From Porticoccaceae bacterium (GTDB lineage: Bacteria; Pseudomonadota; Gammaproteobacteria; Pseudomonadales; Porticoccaceae): a stretch of DNA of 64,000 bases. Of this stretch, positions 1-10,015 are shown piece after piece (position 1 is the first letter of the stretch; each line of letters begins with the position of its first letter). The notes under the pieces were generated by a model. It was given only the letters and a program-made list of their open reading frames with translations, did no database searches and had not been told where the DNA came from. Both the position numbers and the translations under genes were made by a program. The DNA is taken from the NCBI GenBank assembly GCA_041601945.1, contig JBFIHG010000005.1:2023-66022 (forward strand), in the 5' to 3' direction.

Positions 1-327
1 CAGCCCGGCATTACCCTGGGAGATTTATCGCAGGCCCTGCCGGCATTTGCCATTGCTGCCATTCGCGAGGCCATTCCGGTATTCGATGAGCAGATAAAAG
101 GATTCGCCATGCCCGACGCCCTGCTAACGGCGGTTGAAACCCGCACGTCTTCGCCCATTTGTATCAAACGCGGAGCAGATTTTCACAGTATCAATACCAG
201 GGGTTTATATCCCGCCGGTGAAGGTGCCGGGTACGCGGGTGGTATTTTGTCGGCGGGAATCGATGGCATTAAAGTAGCCGAGGCACTGGCCCTTGATCTA
301 TTGCAAGCAGCACAGTCGGCAAAGTAA
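1..327 (+). CDS. C-terminal fragment of an FAD-dependent dehydrogenase-like protein (5' end outside the window)
   Basis: Frame 1 is open from base 1 to the TAA at 325-327. The tail GLYPAGEGAGYAGGILSAGIDGIKVAEAL resembles the flavin-contacting C-terminus of uncharacterised FAD-dependent dehydrogenases (COG2509-type, recalled from memory). Confidence 0.55.
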   Translation, partial: QPGITLGDLSQALPAFAIAAIREAIPVFDEQIKGFAMPDALLTAVETRTSSPICIKRGADFHSINTRGLYPAGEGAGYAGGILSAGIDGIKVAEALALDLLQAAQSAK

Positions 328-374
328 TTCCTGTTAGTAGTGTATTTTCTGAAATGACCCATGAAAAATTGAAT

Positions 375-3300
375 CTAGCGAAAGTCTCTGGATTTTACGG
401 CGAGTTCCGCGAGCAGGTGACTGTAATCAATAATTTCGCCTGCTATCACGTGAATCACTTCGTTTTTGCATTCCATAATACCCTTGATCATCGCCAGTTG
501 AGCGCCCAGTAGGGCCTGCCGATAGCGGGTTTGTAAATCCTTCCAGACAATGATGTTGATATTTCCGGTTTCATCTTCCAGCGTGAGAAACACCACCCCC
601 GAGGCGCTACCGGGTCGTTGTCGCCCGGTGATCAGTCCGGCGACACGCACAAAACGATTATTGTTGAGGGCGCTCAGATCACATTGGCGTTTGCAGTGAC
701 GAAAGACTGCGTGGTCGCGCAACAGGGCCATAGGATGGCGGTTAAGGGTGAGTCCAGTGCTGTGGTAATCGGCCAGCATCTCATCCACTTCGCTGGGAAC
801 GGGCAGAGTTACGTGCTGGTTGTCGTGTACGGGTTCTCTCTGTTGCACTTGTTGTGATTGTTGCGATCTGCTTTTCGCGTCGATGGCGCGATCCGTTTTG
901 GTCAATAGAGGGCGCGGTGTTTCAACCCCCAGCACCTGCCAGTGGGCCTGATGTCGATGACCACTGATTGCCTGTAGCGCATTTGCGCTGGCCAGCGCCT
1001 GCATTTCCTTTTTATTGAGGCGAGCGCGATGGGCAAGGTCGTTGATACTGGCAAAAGGTCGTGCGTTGCCCTCGCTGACGATACGTTGCGCAGCCTCCTT
1101 GCCCAGACCTTTCACAAGGCGCAATCCCAGGCGTAATGCCGGTTGTCGCTGTGCCCTAACCTTGTCCGCGGGTAATTCCAGATGATGCTCCCAGCGGCTG
1201 TGACGAATATCCACCGGCAGTACATTAATGCCGTGACGTCGCGCGTCCTGCACCAACTGGGAGGCGGAATAAAAGCCCATGGGCTGGCTATTGAGCAATG
1301 CACAACAAAATGCAGCGGGGTGATGACATTTTAGCCATGCGGACACATAGGCGAGTAGCGCAAAGCTGGCGGAATGGGATTCGGGAAAACCGTAACCGCC
1401 GAAGCCTTTGATTTGTTCGAACAGACGTTGCGCAAAATCCTCGTTGTAACCCCGGGCTAACATACCGTTAACAAGTTTGTTTTCGAATTTCATCAGGTTG
1501 CCGTTTTTACCCCAGCTGGCCATGGCCCGGCGCAACTGGTCGGCTTCGCCACCGCTAAAACCAGCAGCCACCATGGCGAGCCGGATAACCTGCTCCTGAA
1601 AAATAGGAATGCCCAGGGTGCTTTTCAACACAGCCTCTATTGCCGCGCTGGGATAAGTTACCGCCGCAGGGTTTTGTCGTCGTTTCAGGTAGGGATGCAC
1701 CATATCGCCCTGAATCGGACCGGGGCGCACGATGGCGACCTGAATCACCAGGTCGTAGTAACAGCGTGGGCGTAGTCTGGGCAGCATGGACATTTGCGCG
1801 CGGGACTCCACCTGAAAGACACCGATGGTGTCGGCCCGGCACAGCATATCGTAGGTGGCGCTATCGTTTTCCGGAATCGCCTGCAGGTTGGGAACCGCGG
1901 TGCTGTAATCGCGCACCAGCTCCAGGCATTTACGAATGGCGCTGAGCATGCCGAGAGCGAGGATATCCACCTTCATCAAACCGAGGGCTTCGATGTCCTC
2001 CTTGTCCCACTGAATCACTGTGCGCTCGGGCATGCTGGCATTTTCCACCGGCACCAGTTGGCTGATTGGCCCCGCGCTGATAATGAAACCGCCAACATGC
2101 TGGGACAGATGTCGGGGAAAGCCGAGGATTGTCTGTACCAGCAGCAGAAAATGTTGTGCGAGTGTTTGATGGTCGAGCAGGTTGTTCTCGACAAAGCGTT
2201 GTTGTAAATCGCCACTGCGATCCCACCAGGCAAGAGAGGTTGCCAATTGATCCACCAACGGTGGGGGCAAATCGAGGGCTTTGCCAACATCTCGTATGGC
2301 GCTGCGGGTGCGATAGGTAATCACGGTGGCCGCCAGTGCCGCGCGCTCTCGGGAATACTTTTTGTAAATATACTGAATCACTTCTTCGCGCCGTTCGTGT
2401 TCGAAATCCACGTCGATATCCGGCGGTTCGTCCCGCTCTTTGGAAATAAAACGTTCAAATAACAGGGCCACACGGGTGGGGGATACTTCGGTGATAAACA
2501 GGCAGTAACACACCACCGAGTTAGCGGCGGAGCCGCGACCCTGACACAGAATGTCGCGACTGCGGGCGAATTGCACAATGTCGTAGACCGTTAAAAAATA
2601 GTACTCGTAGCGCAATTCGCGAATCAGCGTTAATTCCCGCTCGATGGTGGCTTGTATGGCTGATGGTATTGTCTGTGGCCAGCGCTGCCCGGCACCCGCC
2701 ATAACCAGATCGCGCAGATGCTGATGCGGTGTCACCCCTGCGGGTACGACTTCCGCGGGATATTCGTAGCGCAATTCGTCGAGGGAGAAGTGGCAGCGCG
2801 CGCTGATGTTGAGGGTTTCCTGGAGCAGTGCTTCAGGGTACAGGCGTTGCAGCGTGGAGATGGGGCGCAGGTAGCGCTCGCTGTTGGCCTGCAAGCGGGT
2901 GCCCAGTTGTGGAATGCTGGTATTGAGGCGAATGGCGGTGAGGGTGTCCTGTAACGGTTTGCGAGTGCGCTCGTGCATATGTACATCGCCGCAGGCGACC
3001 ATGGGAATGCCGAGGGTCTGTGCAAGGGTATACAGCTGCAGATAGCTGGTCTGTTCGTCGCTGGCCAGGAGTCGCGTGACCCCGAGCCACAGGCGGTTGC
3101 CAAACATCGTGCATAGCCTGCGGCCAATCTCGACAGCATTCGGCGTATCGAGGGCCGCTGGCCAAATTGCCAGGCAGCGTCGTATGTGGCGTTGAATATC
3201 CGCCAGTGCGAGGCGATACGCTCCCTTGGGGCTGCGGCGGCGGGCCAGGGTGATAAGGGCTGAGAGTTCGCCATAGGCGGCGCGATCTGGCGCGAGCAGA

Positions 3301-3524
3301 ATCAGTTTACATTGCTCCTGTAAATAAAATTCACTGCCGATAATCAATTGAATATTTTGTTCGCGCGCCGCGACATGGGCCTTGACCACACCAGCCAGAG
3401 AACATTCGTCGGTGATGGCCAGGGCGTGGTAGCCCAGTTCCGCGGCGCGCCTCACCAGCTCAGCGGGGTGGGAGGCGCCACGCAGAAATGTGAAATTACT
3501 CAGGCAGTGTAATTCTGCGTACAC
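375..3524 (-). CDS. dnaE2: error-prone DNA polymerase III alpha-like subunit DnaE2 (ImuC)
   Basis: The ORF runs 375..4016, but Pol III alpha/PHP homology starts at VYAELHCLSNFTFLRGASHPAELV. The GTG at 3524 lies 4 nt after the imuB stop (3529-3531). Motifs PPDIDVDFEHERREEV and IGVFQVESRAQ are present. It is the third gene of an imuA-imuB-dnaE2 cassette. Confidence 0.9.
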   Translation of the reverse strand: MYAELHCLSNFTFLRGASHPAELVRRAAELGYHALAITDECSLAGVVKAHVAAREQNIQLIIGSEFYLQEQCKLILLAPDRAAYGELSALITLARRRSPKGAYRLALADIQRHIRRCLAIWPAALDTPNAVEIGRRLCTMFGNRLWLGVTRLLASDEQTSYLQLYTLAQTLGIPMVACGDVHMHERTRKPLQDTLTAIRLNTSIPQLGTRLQANSERYLRPISTLQRLYPEALLQETLNISARCHFSLDELRYEYPAEVVPAGVTPHQHLRDLVMAGAGQRWPQTIPSAIQATIERELTLIRELRYEYYFLTVYDIVQFARSRDILCQGRGSAANSVVCYCLFITEVSPTRVALLFERFISKERDEPPDIDVDFEHERREEVIQYIYKKYSRERAALAATVITYRTRSAIRDVGKALDLPPPLVDQLATSLAWWDRSGDLQQRFVENNLLDHQTLAQHFLLLVQTILGFPRHLSQHVGGFIISAGPISQLVPVENASMPERTVIQWDKEDIEALGLMKVDILALGMLSAIRKCLELVRDYSTAVPNLQAIPENDSATYDMLCRADTIGVFQVESRAQMSMLPRLRPRCYYDLVIQVAIVRPGPIQGDMVHPYLKRRQNPAAVTYPSAAIEAVLKSTLGIPIFQEQVIRLAMVAAGFSGGEADQLRRAMASWGKNGNLMKFENKLVNGMLARGYNEDFAQRLFEQIKGFGGYGFPESHSASFALLAYVSAWLKCHHPAAFCCALLNSQPMGFYSASQLVQDARRHGINVLPVDIRHSRWEHHLELPADKVRAQRQPALRLGLRLVKGLGKEAAQRIVSEGNARPFASINDLAHRARLNKKEMQALASANALQAISGHRHQAHWQVLGVETPRPLLTKTDRAIDAKSRSQQSQQVQQREPVHDNQHVTLPVPSEVDEMLADYHSTGLTLNRHPMALLRDHAVFRHCKRQCDLSALNNNRFVRVAGLITGRQRPGSASGVVFLTLEDETGNINIIVWKDLQTRYRQALLGAQLAMIKGIMECKNEVIHVIAGEIIDYSHLLAELAVKSRDFR

Positions 3525-3528
3525 GGTG

Positions 3529-5109
3529 CTAACCAAAAATGCCGTGGACAAACCAGCGCCGGGTGTCGAGCTCCCGGTAAATCCAGTACACCGCGCCCTG
3601 CGTATGGCGGGCAATAAAGTAATCCCGGTGGACGGGTTTAGACCACCACTCGCCTTCGATACGTTCCGGGCCCTGTAGCAGTTGCAGCACGCCGCGCCAG
3701 TACAGCTGCTGGCCACGGTGTTGAATTTCTTCCGGTCTGGATAACAACCAGGCGGGGCGCTGTGGGGCGGTTGAGGCCGTAGCATCAGTTTTATCAGATG
3801 GCTGAATGCTGGGCGGGCGTTGCGGGGGTAGAGCGGGTGTGTGGAGTGCTTGCCAGGCATATTCCGGAATATGGCTGTCGGCCAGTGCCAGCCCGGAGAT
3901 GGCGCTGGCGCCGAGGCGTGCGCGCAGGCGGTCGATAAGCTCGCCGATGGCATCATCGCCAGTACTCGCGCTGCCCGTTGCAGCACTGTGGGGCGTAAGC
4001 AGATCGCGTTCCACATGGCGAGCGGGATGTAGTTCCGTGGCGGTTAGCGCGATCTTTTCGACCGGCCCATCGAGGGTCAATGACGCCAGTTTGAGGCGGC
4101 TGAGGGACAGAAAATAGTCGGCATCGTTGCGTGGGTTGGCACAGCTCAGGACAATGGTTTTAGCGGCGCCATTTTGCTGTTGCAAGCGCCATTCGATACC
4201 ACCGCAATGCAGTTGTCGAGCGCGTAGATAACCGCACAGTGCCAGCAACAGACGGCGCATGGGAAACAGTAGCATTTCGGTACTGGTCAGCCCATTCATG
4301 AATTCCAGTGCGTCGTCAAATTGTGGCGGCAGTTGCAGCACCTTGCGCAGGTCTGGTCGCTGCCCGGTTACCCGCTGTAAATAGTGCAGCAGACCCTGCC
4401 CACAGCGTTTGCCGAGCGCCGCAGCAGGCAGGCGCAGCACATCGCCAAGCTGGCGCAAGCCGGTGCGCTGTAAGCTGGCCTGCAAGGTGGCGGAACAGTC
4501 CAGTACGGACAGGGGCAGCGCATGCAGGACGCGATTAAACAGCACGGTGTCAATGACAGTGCCGGTGCGATCATCGAAAGCGGCGACAGAATCCACAGCA
4601 CCGCGGCTGATCAGCTGCGCGGCGGCGGGGGTGGGGGCAAGGCCAGGGGTATAACTGTAGCGGTGTGCGGCGACCTCTGTGGCGATCAGCGCGCACAGTC
4701 TGCGCACGCCGCCAAATAATTTCAGGCTGCCCTGAATTTCCAGTAGTAAATTATCCGGGGGCTGTACGCAAACGACGGAGGTAAAACGGTAGCACCCATA
4801 CGCCAGGTGTTGCAGGGCGCGTTGTTCGCGGGCGCTGTCCCGCATGCTGGTGTGCAGATCGGGGCACAAGGTATATGCCGTGCCGAGTGGGGTGTCGGGC
4901 GCAATACCACAGGCCAACGCCGCCGGATTACAGAATTCGATGCGGTGCCCGCTAATCACCACGGTGGGTTTAAGTGGGTTTTGCCCGATAGTTTCAGCGT
5001 TATTTGTTGTACGCGGCCGACTGTCGACAGCGTCGATATACTCATGACCGATAACGTCGTCGAAAATTTCCAGGGGTAATTGAGGTAAATGCAGACATAG
5101 CCACAGCAT
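3529..5109 (-). CDS. imuB: ImuB, Y-family-polymerase-like mutagenesis protein
   Basis: A 526-aa ORF starting MLWLCLHLPQLPLEIF, a typical ImuB N-terminus. It holds the middle position of the cassette, with a 9-nt gap to imuA and a 4-nt gap to the dnaE2 GTG. Confidence 0.85.
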   Translation of the reverse strand: MLWLCLHLPQLPLEIFDDVIGHEYIDAVDSRPRTTNNAETIGQNPLKPTVVISGHRIEFCNPAALACGIAPDTPLGTAYTLCPDLHTSMRDSAREQRALQHLAYGCYRFTSVVCVQPPDNLLLEIQGSLKLFGGVRRLCALIATEVAAHRYSYTPGLAPTPAAAQLISRGAVDSVAAFDDRTGTVIDTVLFNRVLHALPLSVLDCSATLQASLQRTGLRQLGDVLRLPAAALGKRCGQGLLHYLQRVTGQRPDLRKVLQLPPQFDDALEFMNGLTSTEMLLFPMRRLLLALCGYLRARQLHCGGIEWRLQQQNGAAKTIVLSCANPRNDADYFLSLSRLKLASLTLDGPVEKIALTATELHPARHVERDLLTPHSAATGSASTGDDAIGELIDRLRARLGASAISGLALADSHIPEYAWQALHTPALPPQRPPSIQPSDKTDATASTAPQRPAWLLSRPEEIQHRGQQLYWRGVLQLLQGPERIEGEWWSKPVHRDYFIARHTQGAVYWIYRELDTRRWFVHGIFG

Positions 5110-5118
5110 AACAAGCGC

Positions 5119-5877
5119 TCACTGTAACGCCGGGCGCAGAGGCAGGGCACGGGGGCGTACCTGCGGCGGGGAGACGGGGTCTGGTTCAGAACCTGTTGCA
5201 CAAACGGGTTGTGGCGTTGGCAGGTGTTGCGTGGGCATGGTGCGCTGGCTGAGAATATCGGGACGCTGTAAGCAGACGGATTGCCCGCTCCAACCGCCCC
5301 GTTGTTTGAGGATAGTGAGCTGGCAGCCATCCGCTGTGGACTCGATGGCGATGCGCAATGTCGCTGGCGAGGGCTGGTTTGCCGTCTGACAGGAACGGAA
5401 CAGAACCGCCAGGCCAGCGCCTGCCTGGGCAGCCAGCTGCAGCTTGCGTAATTGGGGTACGCTGAGGTTGGCTGTTGTCAGCCAGGTAAGGACAGCACCC
5501 CCCGAGGCGGCGCGCAGTCCCTGCTCCGTCGCCCATAATTGGTCGCGCAGGGTTGTTGTTTGCACCACCAGTAAGCGCTCAAGGTTGATGTTCCAGCGCT
5601 GCCACGCCGGCGCGTAGGGCAGATGGGGGGGTGCTATCAGCACCAGGGGCCGTCCTGCGGCGCTCAGTTGTGCCAGTGTCGGCGCCAGTAGTTGCAGTTC
5701 CCCACTACCGGGTTGGCGACACAGGAGTTCGGTCAGGGCGCCTGTTGGCCAGCCGCCCTGATGCAGGCTGGTATTCAGTGAGGCATAACCGGTGGCTATG
5801 CCGTGGGTTATATTCAGTGTTGCCGAGGCCTGCCAGAGATCGGGCCGTTTGAGCAGTGAAGCGAGCGTCGAGTTCAT
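5119..5877 (-). CDS. imuA: ImuA, RecA/SulA-like cell-division-inhibitor-type mutagenesis protein
   Basis: A 252-aa ORF carrying LHQGGWPTGALTELL and LLAPTLAQL segments typical of ImuA. It is the first gene of the cassette, with a perfect LexA box 65 nt upstream. Confidence 0.8.
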   Translation of the reverse strand: MNSTLASLLKRPDLWQASATLNITHGIATGYASLNTSLHQGGWPTGALTELLCRQPGSGELQLLAPTLAQLSAAGRPLVLIAPPHLPYAPAWQRWNINLERLLVVQTTTLRDQLWATEQGLRAASGGAVLTWLTTANLSVPQLRKLQLAAQAGAGLAVLFRSCQTANQPSPATLRIAIESTADGCQLTILKQRGGWSGQSVCLQRPDILSQRTMPTQHLPTPQPVCATGSEPDPVSPPQVRPRALPLRPALQ

Positions 5878-5941
5878 AGTCTGTGGGCTGTGCTGTTGCT
5901 ATACGGGATGGTTTTTTCGCGGAGACAGAGTTCTGGGCGAA

Positions 5942-5961
5942 TACTGTAAATATATACAGTA
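5942..5961. promoter_or_regulatory. LexA (SOS) operator upstream of imuA
   Basis: TACTGTAAATATATACAGTA has perfect TACTGT-N8-ACAGTA arms with an all-A/T spacer. This matches the gammaproteobacterial SOS-box consensus CTGT-N8-ACAG. It lies in the divergent intergenic region between imuA and the TSUP gene. Confidence 0.85.
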
Positions 5962-6121
5962 TAGCGGGTGTTGTCACCCGCTATTGATTAACGGTGACTA
6001 TGGGTGTGATAAGTCGTGCTGGACGACTGCTTCGGGGTCGCTGCGGCGGCCTGGGTGCGACGGGTGGCAGCAACGGGAGTGGTAAGATAGGAGCGTCTTC
6101 GACCCCGATTGACTACGGGAG

Positions 6122-6880
6122 GTGCCTGTTAGCGTTTCTATCGAAATGACAATAATCCTTACGGCTATTGCGTTTACGGCAGGGTTTATCTCCTCCATTG
6201 CCGGGGCGGGTGGTCTGCTGACACTGCCAGCCCTGCTCTGGGCGGGCTTGCCACCGCTCCAGGCCCTGGCCACCAATAAGGTCCAGAGCGCACTGGGTAC
6301 GGCATCATCGGCCTGGAATTTTTTCCGCAAAGGGCATTTGCAGCTCCGGGACATAGGGCCTGCTATTGGCTTTGCGCTGGTGGGTTCCGTTGTGGGTACG
6401 CTGGTTGTTCAGCAACTGGGCAATGAACTGTTGGGTCGGTTGCTGCCTGTTTTTCTGATTATCATTGCAGGGTATTTTCTATTGTCCCCGCGGGTGTCTG
6501 ACGAAAGTTCCACACCGCGCCTGTCCCGCTGGCAATTCGGCGGTTGTGCAGCGTTGGGTATGGGATTTTACGGCGGTTTTTTTGGTCCCGGCATGGGTTC
6601 GATATTCCCTTTTCTGTTTGTCTGGCTGCTGGGCCATAACCTGCGCAGTGCGACGGCGCACACCAAAGCCATGGTGCTAACTATTAATGGTGTCTCCGCA
6701 CTCCTGTTTATTTACCACGGCAGTGTGTTGTGGGATCTCGCGTTGATCATGTCCGTTGCTCAAATGGTCGGGGCGTATCTGGGTTCCAGTCTGGTCATTC
6801 ACCGCGGTGCGGCACTGGTGCAACCACTGATTGTTGCGGTTACACTGATTCTGTCGATTAAACTGTTACTGTTTCCATAA
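6122..6880 (+). CDS. TauE/SafE (TSUP, DUF81) family anion exporter
   Basis: A polytopic membrane ORF with GFISSIAGAGGLLTLP near the N-terminus and a second GFYGGFFGPGMGS repeat, the 4+4 TM signature of TSUP proteins. The start is uncertain: GTG 6122 abuts a GGGAGG, and ATG 6146 is the alternative. Confidence 0.8.
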   Translation: MPVSVSIEMTIILTAIAFTAGFISSIAGAGGLLTLPALLWAGLPPLQALATNKVQSALGTASSAWNFFRKGHLQLRDIGPAIGFALVGSVVGTLVVQQLGNELLGRLLPVFLIIIAGYFLLSPRVSDESSTPRLSRWQFGGCAALGMGFYGGFFGPGMGSIFPFLFVWLLGHNLRSATAHTKAMVLTINGVSALLFIYHGSVLWDLALIMSVAQMVGAYLGSSLVIHRGAALVQPLIVAVTLILSIKLLLFP

Positions 6881-6915
6881 GTGTGCCAGGAGCGTATTGA
6901 TATGAGTTTGCTGGC

Positions 6916-7302
6916 ATGAGCTATGTACTGACCCTGGCGTTAACGTTGACAGTGGTAGCGGTGGCCATGTGGGTGTTCGTCAAGGTGGGAACACCGGTGT
7001 ATCGACTGCAACGGGAAAATGTCGTGAGTCTGCTACGTTTACTGGTGAGCGGTCGCGCCACGCGGCAGGATTGGGATGTGTTTGTGGCCATACCCATTCG
7101 CCACGATGCCCTGTTGCGGGACATTCAGGAGCGTTGCATCACGATTGCGCAAACTGAGTTTACCGGTGGCCCAGGTTTGCTTTTTTCCACACAGGGGATT
7201 GCCAGGCTTGAGTGTTTATTAAAAGAGTTAGCCCCCGAGGAAGAGACAACCCCGCTGATAAACTCTTCAGGGAAAAGTCATCAGCGCGAAGCAAGCGAGT
7301 AA
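6916..7302 (+). CDS. hypothetical protein with an N-terminal membrane anchor
   Basis: A 128-aa ORF with one hydrophobic helix (LTLALTLTVVAVAMWVFV). It sits 35 nt after the TSUP gene and 33 nt before the AI-2E gene. I recognise no family. Confidence 0.5.
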   Translation: MSYVLTLALTLTVVAVAMWVFVKVGTPVYRLQRENVVSLLRLLVSGRATRQDWDVFVAIPIRHDALLRDIQERCITIAQTEFTGGPGLLFSTQGIARLECLLKELAPEEETTPLINSSGKSHQREASE

Positions 7303-7335
7303 AAATAAAATCTGTTAAGGAAGGAAATAAGCGCG

Positions 7336-8427
7336 ATGGATAATGTTTCTGCGGTAGCAAAGTTTGTGTTGCTGTTTGCGGCTTTTGTGGTGGTGATTGC
7401 CGGCATGAAAATGGCGGAGCCCTTGTTGGTGCCATTTTTGTTGTCAGTGTTTATTGCACTAATCTGTTTTCCGATTCTGACGTGGCTTAAATCGAAACGG
7501 GTGCCCAATAGTGTGGCCATCCTGCTGATTGTGCTGGCGGTGGTGCTGGTGGGGATGTTGGTCGGTGCCGTGGTGGGCGCGTCCATTCGCGATTTTCGCG
7601 AAGAGTTGCCGACCTACCAGACCCGCTTGCAGGGTATGAGCGTAGTGGTGCAGCAATGGTTTGCGCAGCGGGGTCTGATATTCGATGGTAACCAGTGGCG
7701 GGAAAGTTTTAATCCCAGCGCAGTGATGCAACTGGCGGGCAATACGCTCGCATCGTTTGGCAATGTGATGACCAATGCCTTTTTGATCTTGCTCACAGTT
7801 ATTTTTATTCTGACGGAGGAAACTGGATTTCGCGATAAACTGCGATCCGCGCGCGGCTCGTCCGAATCACTGGCGGGACTGGAAACATTTATTCACAGTG
7901 TTAATCGCTATCTATCGATCAAAACATTATTGAGTCTGGCCACTGGCGCACTGGTGGTGGTGTGGCTGTGGCTGCTGGGTGTCGACTATGCGGTGATGTG
8001 GGGATTGCTGGCATTTTTGCTGAATTTTGTGCCCACTATTGGTTCGATTCTCGCGGCGGTGCCCGCAGTGCTGTTGGCGCTGATTCAGCTCAACCCCTGG
8101 TCGGCTGGATTGGTGGCGATCGGTTATGTGGTTATCAATGTTGTATTCGGTAATATTCTCGAACCGCGATTGATGGGCCGCGGCTTGAATCTGTCGCCAC
8201 TAGTGGTATTTTTATCGTTGGTATTTTGGGGTTGGGTACTGGGCCCGGTGGGCATGCTGTTGTCCATTCCGCTGACGATACTGGTCAAGATCGCCCTGGA
8301 AAATGATCCGCAAACTCGCTGGCTGGGCATTATGCTGGGTGCGGGCAAGGTGGAGCCCGTGATCAGTAATGAAAGTAGCGAGCCAGCAGCAATTTACGAT
8401 CAAACGACTGCTAAAGAAGATGATTAA
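7336..8427 (+). CDS. AI-2E family transporter (PerM/UPF0118)
   Basis: A 363-aa protein with multiple TM helices. The LNFVPTIGSILAAVP and PLVVFLSLVFWGWVLGPVGMLLSIPLT segments are typical of the AI-2E/PerM family. Confidence 0.85.
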   Translation: MDNVSAVAKFVLLFAAFVVVIAGMKMAEPLLVPFLLSVFIALICFPILTWLKSKRVPNSVAILLIVLAVVLVGMLVGAVVGASIRDFREELPTYQTRLQGMSVVVQQWFAQRGLIFDGNQWRESFNPSAVMQLAGNTLASFGNVMTNAFLILLTVIFILTEETGFRDKLRSARGSSESLAGLETFIHSVNRYLSIKTLLSLATGALVVVWLWLLGVDYAVMWGLLAFLLNFVPTIGSILAAVPAVLLALIQLNPWSAGLVAIGYVVINVVFGNILEPRLMGRGLNLSPLVVFLSLVFWGWVLGPVGMLLSIPLTILVKIALENDPQTRWLGIMLGAGKVEPVISNESSEPAAIYDQTTAKEDD

Positions 8428-8428
8428 C

Positions 8429-10003
8429 ATGGCGCCTGGCAACATGTCTTACAGTTGGTCTCTGCGACTAATGCTGGTGTTGCTGCTCACGGGTTGTGGG
8501 GAGGCGGGCAAGCAAGCACCGGCAGTGGCAGAAAAAAATGCGTCGACAACCGGTATCCAATGGTTCGCCGGTACGGTCGAAGAAGCGTTTGCCCATGCCG
8601 AGACAGTGAACAAGCCGGTGTTTCTGTATTGGGGCGCCGACTGGTGCCCGCCCTGTAATCAGCTCAAGGCCACGGTGTTCGAACAGCGAGAATTTATCGA
8701 ACAAAGTCGCCTGTTTATCCCTGTTTATCTCGATGGCGACACGCCCCGCGCGCAACAAATTGGCGAGCAGCTTGGCGTGATGGGTTATCCGACGGTGATC
8801 GTATTTAACCCGTCCGGCGAGGAGTTAACCCGTATACCCGGCGGCATTAATCTGGATCATTATCTGCGGGTGCTCGCGCTGTCCCTTGAACATTTGCGTC
8901 CCGCCGCTGCATTGGTCGCGGCGGCGGTTAGCGGGGAGCGCCTCTCGCAAGACGATTGTCAGTTGTTGGCCTGGTATAGCTGGGCGCAGGATAATGGGCG
9001 CACGTTGGCGGGCAGGGATCCGCTGGCGGTGTTTACCCGGTTGCTGGAAATCTGCGGCGACACCAGCGCAGTGGTGAACAGTCGCCTGGGTATGGCAGCG
9101 CTGAATGCGTGGTTAATGGTGGATCATAGTGAAGAAGCTTTACGCTCCGCAACCGGCGAGTACCAATTGTTAGTTGAAACTGTACTCGATGATCGCGAAT
9201 TGTCGATCGCAAATATCGAGCCGATAATTTATCAGGCTGGAGATATTGTTGGCGCACTGACAGCCCCCGGCGCGGAGCGGGAAACATTGCGGCAGCGCTG
9301 GCTGAGCCGACTACAGAGCCTGAGTGCGGATCCACAGGTTGCACTGGCGGATCGTCTGGCTACGCTCTACGGCGAGCTGCAACTGGCGCGGTTGTCGCAC
9401 TCTTTTGATGGGTATGGGCCGGAGTTAATTACCCGAGTGCAACAGCAAGTTGTCTGGGCGGACAAACATGCGACGACATCCTTTGAACGCCATGTGGTAA
9501 TCAGCGTGGCGTGGGATGTGCTTTATGAAGCAGGCCTGGAGCGTCAGGCGGGGGACTTGCTGTTGGCGGAAATGGAGAAGTCTCAGTCGCCCTATTATTT
9601 TATGCTGGAGCTGGCGAACATCGCGGAAAAAGCTGGCCGGGAAGACGAGGCTCTGGCGTGGCTGGAGCGCGCCTGGCACGCAGCAACCGGTTCCGCAACA
9701 CGTTTTCAGTGGGGCGTGAACTACCTGCAGGGGCTGTTAAAAATGTCCCCTGAAGATACGCAGCGGATTGAAGCGACGGGTGTTGCCGTGTTGTCGGAGC
9801 TGGCACAACAGGACGCGCCGCTGTTCCAGCGCAACCGGCAACGGCTGGAAAAACTTGGTACGGCGCTAGTGGAGTGGAACGAATTTTTCGAACAACCTGC
9901 AGTACTTGCTGCGTTTCGAGCACAATTGATGCCGTTATGCGAGACAGATGCCACGGCGTCTTCGACAACCACTTTTTGCCGGGAGTATCTGGTAACGGAG
10001 TAA
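8429..10003 (+). CDS. thioredoxin-fold lipoprotein with a long helical C-terminal domain
   Basis: The ATG at 8429 is 1 nt after the preceding stop. It has a lipobox (LLLTGC), a thioredoxin active site (WCPPC) and a cis-Pro loop (GYPTVIVF). The C-terminal ~350 aa are helical and of unassigned family. Confidence 0.7.
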   Translation: MAPGNMSYSWSLRLMLVLLLTGCGEAGKQAPAVAEKNASTTGIQWFAGTVEEAFAHAETVNKPVFLYWGADWCPPCNQLKATVFEQREFIEQSRLFIPVYLDGDTPRAQQIGEQLGVMGYPTVIVFNPSGEELTRIPGGINLDHYLRVLALSLEHLRPAAALVAAAVSGERLSQDDCQLLAWYSWAQDNGRTLAGRDPLAVFTRLLEICGDTSAVVNSRLGMAALNAWLMVDHSEEALRSATGEYQLLVETVLDDRELSIANIEPIIYQAGDIVGALTAPGAERETLRQRWLSRLQSLSADPQVALADRLATLYGELQLARLSHSFDGYGPELITRVQQQVVWADKHATTSFERHVVISVAWDVLYEAGLERQAGDLLLAEMEKSQSPYYFMLELANIAEKAGREDEALAWLERAWHAATGSATRFQWGVNYLQGLLKMSPEDTQRIEATGVAVLSELAQQDAPLFQRNRQRLEKLGTALVEWNEFFEQPAVLAAFRAQLMPLCETDATASSTTTFCREYLVTE

Positions 10004-10015
10004 CAGGGTGTCGCG

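Noticed and set aside
3525-4016. The 164-codon N-terminal extension of the dnaE2 ORF (ORF track 375..4016), which overlaps the 3' end of imuB.
   Set aside because: Its composition is Pro/Ala/Arg/Cys-rich and unlike real protein. Pol III alpha homology begins only at the GTG at 3524, just after the imuB stop. I treat it as an open-frame artefact of a GC-rich out-of-frame overlap.
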